DNA of 64,000 bases. Origin: Octopus vulgaris (taxonomy: Eukaryota). The stretch lies in contig OX597816.1 of assembly GCA_951406725.2 (NCBI GenBank), positions 10,416,001 to 10,480,000 on the forward strand, written 5' to 3'. The notes under the pieces are model-generated. The model was not told the origin of the DNA, searched no databases, and was given only the letters and a program-made list of their open reading frames with translations. Below, in pieces: positions 1 to 11,630 of the stretch (positions are counted from its first letter, which is position 1; each line of letters opens with the position of its first letter). The translations under genes were made by a program, and so were the position numbers.

Positions 1-118
1 AGGCGAAGTGGTTGATGCTTGTAGCACATGAAAAGCTCCTTTCGAGTGTTGGGCTTCATGGAGGCAATAACCAAGGCCTTTGGCATTATATCGTACTTGA
101 GAAGAAAATCCATGAAGC
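1..118 (+). mobile_element. Diverged RTE-type LINE ORF2-end/3' UTR fragment
   Basis: gttgggcttcatggaggcaataaccaaggcctttggcattatatcgtacttgagaagaa resembles the RTE ORF end at 59400-59480 and 24350-24420. Confidence 0.4.
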
Positions 119-145
119 ACCCCTTGTATGTATATACATGTATAT

Positions 146-408
146 GGGGGGGGGGGGTACTAAAAAGTTCCTGGTTTTAAGGGTATCACAAAAGGCCTGA
201 CCGGAGGCCTAAACTTTCAAGTTCTTTTACAGAGCTTAGAAAAACTGAAGGGCCTTTGAAATAAGTGTATAATTCTGAGAGGGGAATATGTTGAAGGTGG
301 TGCTATTAAGTTAGACATGGCCAAAACCTATCAATGTAAATAACATCATAATAAACTGATCCCTCTGTATTTTCTTTTACCCAAGCTAGCAACTTTTCAG
401 CACCTGCT
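146..408 (+). mobile_element. Mariner-derived non-autonomous element
   Basis: Imperfect TIRs ggggtactaaaaagttcctgg / ctagcaacttttcagcacc. Internal frame LEKLKGL*NKCIILRGEYVE resembles the mariner transposase C-terminus (KCI..xGxYxE). Confidence 0.65.
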
Positions 409-741
409 CCCTATATGCTGTAAAAAGGTTGGCATTACAGAGAGCAGCCAAGCATTGTTGGTGTCTCTGCCATGAGGTCTAATCTGTTTTGGCTACAGTT
501 ATGAACTCACTGTTCAAAGATGTACAAGATTGTGGGGAAAGCACTCCAGGCACCTAACTGTATTTTAAGTACTCACTGGAAGCATTTCCTTTTGGCAATT
601 TGCACGTAATATTGTTTCAGATGTGATATCATGCCTCAGAGGAAAATAAACTATCACCAATGTTCAGGTGCTATTATGCAGATTATACCTCTTAACAGAC
701 TCAGGGGGAAAAGTAGCGAATCTTATACATGTTTCTTTGAT

Positions 742-744
742 TAC

Positions 745-779
<35 letters not shown>

Positions 780-1410
780 TATAGACAGATGTATATACAT
801 ATAGAGATCTATATATATATATATTTGTGTATGCATTTGTATGCATATACTTCTTTTACATATATATGTATATATATATAATGTGTGTGTATGTATATGT
901 ATGCATATACTTCTTTTACATATATATGTATATATATAATGTGTGTGTATATATATGTATATATATGAGATATATACATACACATGCATACATACACATA
1001 GTGTATATGTATTTTACATATACATATATATATATATATATATATACACACAATATATATACACGCATGATATATATTCGTGTATGCATGTGTATGTATA
1101 TAGTTTATATATATGTATGTGTGTGGGAAAATAGGAGATATATACATACACACATGCATACATATACAAATATATATCATGTATTTATGTATATATATAT
1201 ATATATATAAAATATATATACACACATGATATATATTTGTGTATGCATGTGAATGTTTATATATATATATACATATATATATGCATGAATACTTGTTATA
1301 GCTAAATATGTATTTTGTGTTTGTGTGTTTATGCATAAATCTTAACCCGCGCATGTGTGTGTGTGTGTGTGTGTGTGTATGTAAATATACACACGCATAG
1401 ATAAATATAT
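742..1410. repeat. Compound (TA)n/(CA)n/(TG)n microsatellite tract
   Basis: Direct inspection; source of the YI/CV-rich pseudo-ORFs. Confidence 0.95.
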
Positions 1411-1540
1411 ACGTACCCTTAACACAACGCATCAAACTGCAAATATTATCCATTATTAATATCGCATTTTAGCGTGTAAAATATGAATTCATACATAACA
1501 ATTTGTTGACAAGTGCAGCAAAAATTTCAGCCAATCCTAC

Positions 1541-1587
1541 CTCGCCATCTCCACCTTCCTATCCAGAGATGTTGTTTGATGCTGGAA
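1541..1587 (-). CDS. Candidate 47-nt internal exon of an unidentified host gene (FQHQTTSLDRKVEMA)
   Basis: Minus strand: tttcttatcataattgcacAG|TTCCAGCATCAAACAACATCTCTGGATAGGAAGGTGGAGATGGCGAG|GTagga, in non-repetitive sequence. Two of three frames are open. Alternative acceptor 6 nt downstream. Protein not recognised. Confidence 0.35.
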
Positions 1588-1899
1588 CTGTGCAATTATG
1601 ATAAGAAACTATTCAGCCTCGAAATATATTCTCTTTAAAAGTTACTTTCTCAGCACATTGACATAAAATTCTTTGTATTTTGGTTATTTTTATTTGCTCT
1701 TTGCGTGTTTTATATCCAAATATGTAAAACAATTCTCGTCAGGAACCAAAACGAAAAAAAAAGAGAAGGAAAAGAGAAAAAAATCTATTTTATTTCTTGC
1801 TTTGCAACATTGTTTCGATATTTGGTTCGGAGTTCTTTGGTGCAGCATCGAAAAAAAACACCGTCTGTAATCAGTTGGGTACTACTTACTTACTAAGTG

Positions 1900-2345
1900 T
1901 TTGTGGTAGCAATGGTATTGTTAGCGATGATAGTGTTGGTATCATCACTATCATACCAACACTAATGTTTCTACTACTACTGCTTGTACAATAACTACCA
2001 TTGTTACCACTGCTGTACTACAACCACTACCAACACTATCATCACTAACAAATAGCATTGCCACCACAAACACCACTACTACTACCACCACCACAAACAC
2101 TGCTACTACTAGCACCACCACAACTACTACTACCAGCACCACCACAACTACTACTACCAGCACCACCACAACTACTACTACCACCAACAACAACACTACT
2201 ACTGTTAATACTATTACTGCTACTACCACCACCACCACCACACAATAACAACCACAACTACTACTACCACCACCAACACTACTACTACTACTACCACCAC
2301 CACCACTACCACTATCACCACTACTACTACTACTACTACCATTAG
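1900..2345. repeat. Trinucleotide (CTA/CCA/CAA) low-complexity tract
   Basis: Direct inspection. Confidence 0.9.
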
Positions 2346-2523
2346 CACAACCACAAAAGCTCTACACACTTAAGTGCTAGAAACATCACTGCTTCTACAT
2401 AGCCAATCAGGCTGCTAGAAATAACAGCACAGTGGGAATAAACGTGAAACTCTGTGATTGTGAAGAGAACTTCTTAACCATCCAGCCATGCCCATGCCTG
2501 TTGCATTCCTGACAGTTATTTTA

Positions 2524-3212
2524 TCAACCCTTAAACATTGAGATTACTCTGTCAAATGTAATTGCTTATTTGTTCACATTGTTTTGAATTAATCATGCAT
2601 TAGAATGTACCTCGAAATAAAGAGGACAGATCCTGTACACTATAAGATCTTTATTGCAATCAGATGTTTGGCAGCTGACTTGACAGACACCCATAAAATT
2701 ATTAACCATCATACAAACAATAACACTGAGCACCTTTTCAAACTCCACCTGTCTAACATCCATGGACATGTTTACAATGTCAGAAAACAGCACAGCTCCC
2801 ATGACTTTCGGAAACATTTTTTCACACTAAGAGTTGCTCAAGCATGGAACAAACTGCCGGCATCAGTTGTTAGCTGTCAGAGCACTGCATCCTTCAAAAC
2901 TTCCATGCTTCCTGAGATTCGCCAACACTACACCTGATTTTCTCCCCTCCATACACACACAAGTATATATCTGACTCATACATTGTTCACTTTTTGTACA
3001 TTACTGCATATGCTTTATACGCACTTTTGACAAGTTGTGGTGCACCTGAGCACTGTATACAATAATTTCATTATTATTATTATTTTCTCATAGCTTTAAG
3101 ATTTCCATGATGTGATTGTTTATTGTAGGATAGGTGTGTGAGTCTGGGTCTATTCAGTTTGAATTTAAAACAGGGAGACTATTTTGGGCTGGTTTAAATG
3201 CTAAAGGGTTAA
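2524..3212 (+). mobile_element. piggyBac-like MITE (family 1), interrupted by a CR1 fragment
   Basis: Ends tcaacccttaaacatt ... aaatgctaaagggTTAA (CCC/GGG termini with TTAA, typical of piggyBac). Confidence 0.6.
2602..3083 (+). mobile_element. CR1/L2-group LINE 3' fragment with 3' UTR and (TTA)n tail
   Basis: ORF 2605-2937 ...HGHVYNVRKQHSSHDFRKHFFTLRVAQAWNKLPASVVSCQSTASFK matches the CR1-group ORF2 C-terminal motif (GH..K......R..FF..RV...WN.LP..VV....FK). Confidence 0.85.
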
Positions 3213-3330
3213 ACTTGAAAGATAGAATTGATCCCTATTTACTCAACGGGACCCTATCTGCCATATGACTAGCATTTATTTAATCAACCCTTCAAACATA
3301 AAAAAACATGATTTGTCCCAATATAGTTAA

Positions 3331-4040
3331 CTGACCACCACAAGGACAAATCCTTGTGGTGGCTTGTGTCTCAATGACCAAGCTCCTTATAGAGCCTCTC
3401 ATGCGAGACAGGTCAAAGGTTAGAGGTCAGACTAATATGTGCCACCTCTTCCCCCAGGTAAAAATGGGTTTGCAGAGAGCCCTGACTTAGAAACAAGCAA
3501 ACTTAAGGAAGCCTTGGTGATAATTTCAAATGAACAAGACCAAGGAGAGCGCCATCTGGAGAGAAGCAGAAAAGACAATCCAAAGTCAAATGGTAAGTAG
3601 CTTGTTTACCAACCACATGGTTCTGGGTTCAGTCCCATTGCGTGACACTTTGGGCAAGTGTCTTTTACTATAGTCTTGGGCCGGCCAAAGCCTTGTGAGT
3701 GGATTTGGTAGATGGAAAATGAAAGAAGCCCATCGTATATATGCATATATATATATGTATATGTACGGGTGTGTATATGCTTGTGTCTGTGTTTGTCCCC
3801 ACAACATCGCTTGACAACCGATGCTGGAGTGTTTACGTTCCTGTAACACAGCAGTTCAGCAAAAGAGACTGATAGAATAACTACTAAGCTTACAAAAAAT
3901 AAGTCCTGGGGTCAATTTGCTTGACTAAAGGCGGTGCTCCAGCATGGCCACAGTCAAATGACTGAAACAAGTAAAAGAGTGAAGAAATGTCATCGATGGC
4001 CTAAGGTCCCTAGGGAGTGATGGGCTTATGTTTAAGTAAA
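3331..4040 (+). mobile_element. Internally deleted RTE-like element (5' UTR-like part joined to ORF-end part), split by a SINE-A insertion
   Basis: 5' part ccttgtggtggcttgtgtctcaatgacc...ctctcatgcgagacaggtcaaaggttagaggtcagac recalls RTE 5' UTRs. After the SINE, RNVIDGLRSLGSDG recalls RTE ORF ends. Based on recall only. Confidence 0.4.
3590..3980 (+). mobile_element. SINE family A (tRNA-derived head, CORE-like domain), 5' truncated
   Basis: B box ggttcagtccc, CORE-like ttgggcaagtgtctt, internal TA/TG tract, tail ggcggtgctccagcatggccacagtcaaatgactgaaacaagtaaaagag. Confidence 0.9.
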
Positions 4041-4203
4041 ATATAATTAAATGAACCCAGGCTAAAATTAGGGTATTTATCTATCCTTGAAACTTGGAAA
4101 ATATAACTGAGCCTTGTTTTGTCAACTGGACCCTATCTGCTGATGACTAACAATTATTGAATGAACCCTTCAAATGTGAGATGGAAGTGATTGCTATCTG
4201 TTA

Positions 4204-4577
4204 TCTTTTACATGTTTCACTCATGAGACTGGCCATGCTGGGGCGCTGTCTTGAAGGATTCTTAAGGAAATGAATTGACCCCTGTACTTTGAAGCCTGGT
4301 ATTTATTCTATCAGTCTCTTTTACTGAACTGCTAAGTTTTTGGCACATAAACACACTAACATTGGTTGTCAAGTGGGGTTGGGTGACACACAAATTTGCA
4401 AAGACACACACACACACACAGACATATGCAATGGGCTTCTTTCAGTTTCTGTCTACTAAACCCTCTCCCAAGGCTATATAATAGAAAGCACTTGCCCAAG
4501 GTGCCACACAGTAGGAGTGAACCTTGAACTATGTGGTTGGGAAGCCAACTTCTTACCACACAGCCATGCCTGTGCCT
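4204..4577 (-). mobile_element. SINE family A, diverged
   Basis: Reverse-complement match to the family A head and tail. Confidence 0.8.
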
Positions 4578-4589
4578 ATATATATATAT

Positions 4590-5075
4590 ATTTAATTAAA
4601 CCCAATCTGGTAAACGACAATTATTTTATCAATCACTGAAACATTATCTCTGCACAGTTAACTGATCCAATGCGGTCCATAACTAGTAAATCTGGTTTAG
4701 TTAATTGAGTTCAATCTAGTACACGACTGGTGATTATTTTATTCATCCTTGAATCATAAAAAGATAGAAATAAGCCCCCATATCGTCAGTTAAACCTAAT
4801 CCGGTGCACAATCAATAGTTCTTTTATCAGTCCTTGAAATATGAATGTTAGAACCGATTATTGTTTAGTCAACTGAACTAAACATAACTAGTAATTATTT
4901 AATCAACCCTAAAAATATGAAAAGCATAATTGATCCCTTTATAGCTGATTGAACCCACACATATATAATCAGGTAATTATTTTATTAAGCCTTTAAATAT
5001 GGAAAATAAGATTGATCCCTGTTTAGTCAATAGGGCTCTGTTTGGTACATGACTAAATTATTTAATCAACCCTTA
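4590..5075. repeat. Degenerate ~80-bp tandem array
   Basis: Motif attattt(t/a)atcaacccttgaaa.atgaa recurs near 4620, 4734, 4818, 4894, 4976, 5057, with outliers near 2517, 3275, 4075, 4153. Confidence 0.6.
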
Positions 5076-6009
5076 AGTCTTTTGCTTGTTTCAGTCTTTG
5101 GACTGTGGCCATGCTGGGGCACTGCCTTGAACAGTTTGGTCAAGCAAATTGCCTTAGTACTTATTATTTTTAAGATCTAGGGGCAATTTTTAAATAATTC
5201 TATTGGTTTCTTTTGTGCCAATTTTATGTTACAGGGACATAAACAAACAAACATTGTTTGTGAAGCAGTGGTGAGGGACAAACATCACACAAAACTGGTA
5301 GTTAATTCATTGACTCTGGAAGCATGAAAGGTGAAGATGACCTCAGCAGAATTTGAACTCATAATAATAACAACAAGAGCACTCAGGAAGTGTGAAACTC
5401 CACCAAGGCAACACCAACATTCAGTTAAAATTGATCCCACAGACCAGAAGCTATCACAATGAGGACCTCTTTAGAACTAGTGCCATTCTACAAAACTGAT
5501 TCCAAGCATCAATTTCCTAGAATTTTCTCAAAGCTTTACGTTTTTAACAGTAGAAAATGTTATGGAAGAGTATTATGGTAATGTTGTATCGTAATTCATT
5601 TGCTAAGGAATAATAGGTACATAAACTTTATTTCCATCTATGTATATCTATAAAACCTCAGCAGGTTATTAACCAAATAGACTACAAAACGTTTCAAGTA
5701 GCTGCTATTTCGAACCATATGATTCAGCCATTCAGTGTAATTTACTAACCATGTTCACCTTTATACTGACATAACTACCACATACACACACAAGATTGCA
5801 CTAAGAGACATACACACACACTGAAACGTGTGTGTGAAGGGCCATTGTATGTATTTATGTATATGTCACGAAAACAGCCACTTATCCAAACTTTTGCATC
5901 ATTCTTATTTTTATTGCAATGCACTGTGATGCTTGCTGAAGAATCCTGTTTGAAATGGTTTTGTTCGCAAAACCATTTCCAAAAAGATACTGACTCATAA
6001 TCACATCTT

Positions 6010-6195
6010 TTTGCTTTTACGTGTTTCAGTCATTAGACTGCAGCCATTAAGAATTTTAGTACTTTACTATATTTTGTAAAGCCTGGTACTTATTTTATTA
6101 GCCTCTTTTAGTAAACTGCTAAGTTATGGGGACATAAACACATCAGCACTCATTGTCAAGCAGGGGTGGGCGGATGAACACACACACACACACAG
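6010..6195 (-). mobile_element. SINE family A, 3' half
   Basis: tgtttcagtcattagactgcagcc...gctaagttatggggacataaacacatcagc. Confidence 0.75.
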
Positions 6196-6199
6196 ATGC

Positions 6200-6230
<31 letters not shown>

Positions 6231-6393
6231 TGGAGTCGGAGACCCCCCTTCGGTCATGAATGACCATGGGATTGCACCTAGAAAGTTACCCTCCAAGGCA
6301 CAAATCTGGGCAAGGTTGTTTATGGAAGACTAGTAGTCACCCATGCATACCAGTCTCCCCTCTCCATGTCACTGATGTTATCCAAGGGAAAGG
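6231..6393 (-). mobile_element. Unclassified GC-richer retroposon fragment
   Basis: GC-richer block inserted after (TG)n. Not assigned to a family. Confidence 0.35.
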
Positions 6394-6438
6394 GTTCTCA
6401 TTCCTAAGGTATTTTTCGATGTTGTTGTTATTATTATG

Positions 6439-6469
<31 letters not shown>

Positions 6470-6590
6470 TAACTGCCTGGTATCGAACTTGGAATCTTGG
6501 GGTTAGTAGCCCACACTCTTAACCACTATGCCATATGCCCATCAAATGTAAATAATGCACATAATCCCTCATCTCTTAAATATAGAACTT
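6392..6590 (-). mobile_element. Partial copy of the tRNA-headed hammerhead SINE (see 31262-31625)
   Basis: Minus strand GGGCATATGGCATAGTGGTTAAGAGTGTGGGCTACTAACCCCAAGATTCCAAGTTCGATACCAGG (A box, B box), then (TAA)n and ccttaggaatgagaaccc. Inverted tail piece at 6541-6590. Confidence 0.75.
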
Positions 6591-6788
6591 GATGATGACG
6601 AGAACCACAAAAGAAATGTTGCACACATAGTAAATAGAAACTGGTTTATTAACAGACAGCCTTAGCATTGATTGAAGGATGTTAATTAAGAAACTGCTCT
6701 TTCCTAATGATAAAACATTTCCTGGAACATTTTTGACATCACATGGTGTCACATGACGACGGAGTGTCCTGGATCCAGAGAGATGAAC

Positions 6789-7250
6789 TCAATATTTCGT
6801 GTGACCCCCATTAGTGCTGATTACCTCCAGGCATCTTCTGGACATTGAATGCACCAAATGATTGATGAAGGCCATGGGGGTAACAGCTCATACCCTGTTA
6901 AAACTCGCAGTGAGTTGTGTCGCAGTTGTCAGATTTGGATGGATGTCATTTATCCTTCTTTGGATTTCATCCCACAGGTGCTCTATGGAGTTCAAGCTTG
7001 GACTTAGGGCAGGCTGTGGCAGTGTCTGGGTGTTGTGCTGTTGGAGGAAGTCTGTTGTCAACCTGGCTGTATGGGCACAGGTGTTGTCATGTTGGAACAC
7101 GTGATTTCAATGATGGGCAAAGTATGACACAATGTGAGGCCTCAACACTTGGCCAACGTAGTGAACAGCTGTTACTCCATTGCCCCAGCCTTGTTAGATG
7201 TTTTGGAATACCACCGGTCCAAGTTGCTGGTTGAGTGCAATCAAGTCAAT
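6789..7250 (-). pseudogene. Tc1-family DD34E transposase C-terminal remnant
   Basis: FQHDNTCAH...SPSLNSIEHLWDEIQRR has 34 residues between D and E. It continues past a stop as LVHSMSRRCLEVISTNGGHTKY*, the canonical Tc1 C-terminus. Confidence 0.9.
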
Positions 7251-8002
7251 TCTGTAAATTCTGTATATTTACGTTGATTAAATATTATTCCATTCTTTCC
7301 ATTCATAATTTTAAAAAAACGTTCGATCACCACGAGCAAAGAATTGTTTATTTTTCTTTTGAGTGTTTATGTATGTGTGAATGTGTGTGTGTGATTGTTT
7401 GCGTAATTTATTTATCTGTATGGGTGTGGGTGTGAATATGTTGGTGTATATATCGAGTTCTGTATGTATGTATATGTATGTGTGAGCGGGTATATGTATA
7501 TTGTTTATGACTGTGGGTTGTATGTGTGAGCGGGTATATGTATATTGTTTATGACTGTGGGTTGTATGTGTGTGTGAGGGAGTATGAATAAGTAATGCGT
7601 TGAAGTATTTGGCTATTTTATTAATTTATTCATTTATCGTTGCCTAGACGTTTTTATGTGTATATATATTGGTGTGTGAGTTAGTGTATGTATTTAGATT
7701 TGGTTATATATATTTAGTTATATGTGTATGAGCATGAGTGTATATATAGTTTATTTTATTTTGTTTTTTGTTTTTTTGTTTTTGTTTTTGTTTTTTTTGT
7801 TTTTTGTTTATCTTTAAATATGAGAACTTTAATAATAGGTTTCTTTATATTCAATTGTTTATAGGGTTTATTTTAGATTATATATAGATTATATATAGAT
7901 TATATATAGATTATATATAGATTATATATATTTATATTTTTCATTGATAATTTTATTATTTTAAACTTATATTTTAATATATTGATATTTTAGATCGAAA
8001 AT

Positions 8003-8045
8003 CCACCTGACGAATGTCATTGAAGACATGAAACGATTGTAGTGG
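8003..8045 (+). ncRNA. Minimal type-I hammerhead ribozyme
   Basis: CCAC-CTGACGA-ATGTC attgaa GACAT-GAAAC gatt GTA-GTGG. Stem I CCAC/GTGG, stem II 5 bp, intact core, GUA cleavage after 8041. Confidence 0.8.
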
Positions 8046-8132
8046 CGGTTTATTTCTTTATATAAAAAAAAATTTTATGTATTGATTAAGTCTTTCCTTG
8101 TTTGTTTTGCAAAATAGTGGTTTTGTCTCGAA

Positions 8133-8179
<47 letters not shown>

Positions 8180-9354
8180 TATATTTTTTAATAAACCATA
8201 TATCAGAAAGAAGCACACTCCAAAGAATAGAGCAGTAATTATTACAACAAAAATTTTAATTTTGGACACAGAGTTCCTGCCTTGTGGACAGCTCGTCAGA
8301 CTCTATACAGAGACAAAAAAATTAAAACTTTCTACGTCGCGGATGTGAAGAAATGCTCAGAAATTGAGATTTAAGCCATAACATAAACACATTAATGAGG
8401 GTGCGTTGTCTCCCCTAAAACAGAGGATAAAACTACCCTTATAGACCAGAAAATGTCTAACCAGCTAACGGTGGGGGGGGGATTCAATTTTCCAGTAGGC
8501 AGCGCTTGAAGTGGACACATTTAGAAAACACTCCTGTATGACTATTTAATGTGCTGGGTTTAGTATAGTCCTTAAGCATATGTGTGTGTGTGTATGTATT
8601 CATGCATGTGTGTGTTATATATCATAAAAATGAGCGTATCTGTGTGCATGTATCTATCTTCATTTATTTCATTGATTTTCATGTTTGCCTTTCTATGTTT
8701 GCATTGATTAGACAACTATATTAATGAGGCATTGGCTTGCATCATGATTGCTGCCCTACCTGACACTAACTCTTATTCCTTTTTCAGTCAAGGGGTCTCT
8801 TATTTCACATGTTTTCAAAGGCATGAAGTAAGATGATACATAAATTTGTTACCACTTCAAATATTCTCAAGTCATATTTGAACCCGTAAGAAAACCATTC
8901 ACTGTATTTTATATTTAGTCATGGAGAAAATTTCTTGTAGACAAATGGATGTAAGCACAACAACTCAGTTCAAAGTGTCACCTGACCAGACTGATTGATG
9001 GAAGTGTGTATGCATATATATATATATATATATATATATGACCAGCGACCGAGACCTTTGGAAATATTCTGTACGGATAGATAGATGATACAAAGGTGGA
9101 CAAGAGAAACAACAATTAGAAGGGCAGGCAAAAAGAAAAGACGGGTCATTCTTGGCTTTCTTTCATCAGTCAAGTACCAGAAGTCACGACCATTTTGGAC
9201 AGTTACACTTGAGATGGTTCGATCTGGTTGCCCCCCCAAAAAAGTCTAAGCTAAGAGCATTTACACCCTGCCACACACACACATATGCACAGCTGCCAGA
9301 ATTCTTTTAGTTTCTGTGTACCGAATCCATTCACAATGTATTGGTCAGCCAGAT

Positions 9355-9690
9355 GTCAAATAATCTTTATAATCGTGCAACACGAAACTTGTGGTGTCCA
9401 AACTCACCAGATTTGAACCCCATGGACTACAAGATTTGGAGTCTCGTAGAAATTGAGACTAGTCGACATTCCATAGCTTCACTGAAATGCCACCATTATC
9501 TGCCTGATGTCCAAAATGAATAAGGACTGTTTATTAAGGACAGTCGCACATCGAAGCAGTCCTTGAAGGTGGATTCATAGAAGAAGCTTATAAGAAAGCT
9601 TGTGGATAACATGGAGACAAATTTTCATTAGAATATATTTTACTTTAACAAGATTAGATTTGTTTCATTAAATTATCAAATACATCCTTA
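9355..9690 (+). pseudogene. Tc1/mariner-superfamily (maT/DD37D-like) transposase C-terminal remnant
   Basis: LWCPNSPDLNPMDYKIWSLVE (WPPNSPDLNPxDY motif ending in D) and a downstream IEAVLEGGFIE-like end. Confidence 0.75.
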
Positions 9691-9704
9691 AATACCTCTC
9701 ACAT

Positions 9705-9720
9705 CACACACACATGTATG

Positions 9721-9766
<46 letters not shown>

Positions 9767-10070
9767 GGCATGTGTGTACACATACATGTATATGGTGTGT
9801 GTATGTATATATATATGTGTGTGTGTGTGTATATATATGTGTGTGTGTTTGTATGTATATATGTGTATATATTTATATATATGGATATGTACATGTGTAT
9901 GTATATATGTGTCTATATATATATATGTATATAAATGTGTGTGTATGCATACATACATGTATATATATGTGTATGTATACATACATACATATATATATAT
10001 ACATACATACATACATGTGTGTACATATATATATTTATATATATATATATATATGTATATGTATGTATGT
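9705..10070. repeat. Compound TA/TG/CATA microsatellite
   Basis: Direct inspection. Confidence 0.95.
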
Positions 10071-10545
10071 CATAAAAAGTAAGGTAATAAAAATAAGTTT
10101 GCAAGCACTAATGAAAATAAAACACGAAATAATAAATAACAAAAACAGAAAATTGGTAATAAAGATACCAAAAAAAAATACAACCCCCCCGCCCCCCGAA
10201 CATAAAACAAAGCAAGTCAAAGGATACTTTTACTTTTTAATGCACTGATACCTTTTTTTTTAATAAATACATTCCAATCATATATTAGCAAGACTCATGG
10301 GAATTCTCTTGAAATGCTGGAAGCTTTTTCTTGAAACCTAACACCAATTTAATGATTTGCTTTCAAAGGTTCCAACAGAATTTTACAAAGAATCTTTTGA
10401 CTGGTTGAATGGCTAATATGTCTACAGAACACTAGGGTCTTTTACCATTTTTTACCTTTTTTTTATTTTTTTACTTTTTTTTTTTTTTATTATTCAGCAC
10501 TTTGATAATAATCTTGCTGTGAATTTGAAAGTGATGAACCAACAA

Positions 10546-10580
<35 letters not shown>

Positions 10581-11154
10581 GCTGCCAATTCTGAGAGTTC
10601 TTAATATAATGAAGTTGAAAGAAAATATAAATGGTGTGGAGAAGAGGTTATGAAAGTGAAAGTACATAATGAAAGATTAAACAGAATGGACATCAAGGTA
10701 GAGAGGCAGGGGTAAAGGTGGGGTTATAAGTGGAGGAAGAATATTAAACTAAAAAAAAAAATGATAAAACAGGAATAAATAAATGTAAACTGCAACATCA
10801 TATATTTGATAATTTTAATAGCGAATCAGTCATGACTGACATTTTAAAGGTAAAAAAAATTATGAAAGAATTTAATAGAAATTTACATGAATTTCGTGAA
10901 TCCATTAGAGAGGTTTTCTGAATAAAAGATTGCATAACTGGACCATTAGCTTTGAATAACTTCTATGTAATCCCCTTTTAGATATATATTTTATGAAAAC
11001 CTTCAGGAGTAACTCACTGTGGATATAAAGGGAGAAATGCCAAAGGATAAGGTTTTCTATGGCTGGGGAAATATTGAACAGCTTTCTCCCCCTTTTTATC
11101 TTTGTTGCAGGATGATACAAGAATTAATTTAATTTAATTTATAGGGGAGCGTTT

Positions 11155-11630
11155 ATCTTTTACTTGTTTCCCTCATTTGACTGTGGCCATGCTGGGGCAC
11201 CACCTTGAAGAATTTTTTGTTGAATGAATCAACCCCAGCACTTGTATTTTTTTAACCTTGGTGCTTGTTCTTTCGGTCTCTTTTACCAAACTGCAAAGTT
11301 ATGGGGACATAAACATCATCATCATCATCACAGTTATCAAATGGTAGTGGAAAACAAACACACACACACGACGGGGTTTCTTCAGTTTTTCTCCACCAAA
11401 TCCACTCCTAAAGGTTTGGTCAGTCTGAGATCAAAATTGGAGCCTGGTGCAGCCATCTGGTTCGCCAGTCCTCAATCAAAATCGTCCAACCCATGCTATC
11501 ATGGAAAGCAGATGTTAAACGATGATGATGAGTCTATACTAGAAGACTGTTTCCCAAGATACTTTGCAGAAGTATTGAACCTGGAACCATGTGGTTGGGA
11601 GGTAAACTTGCCACACAGCCATGCCTGTGC
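11155..11630 (-). mobile_element. SINE family A with an RTE-UTR tail (+, about 11428-11530) nested inside
   Basis: Family A tail and head flank ggagcctggtgcagccatctggttcgcc...gttaaacgatgatgat. Confidence 0.8.

Noticed and set aside
809-1453. Long YI/CV/HT-rich ORFs (also 9718-10248, 20543-21040, 44376-45005, 50344-50715, 61913-62479)
   Set aside because: Translations of TA/CA/TG microsatellites, which lack stop codons by composition.
9040-9260. CTGATGA (minus, 9163-9169) next to a TCAAGT/ACTTGA stem as a type-II hammerhead
   Set aside because: No stem II partner and no proper GAAA. Probably a TA-inserted repeat, but a ribozyme is not supportable.
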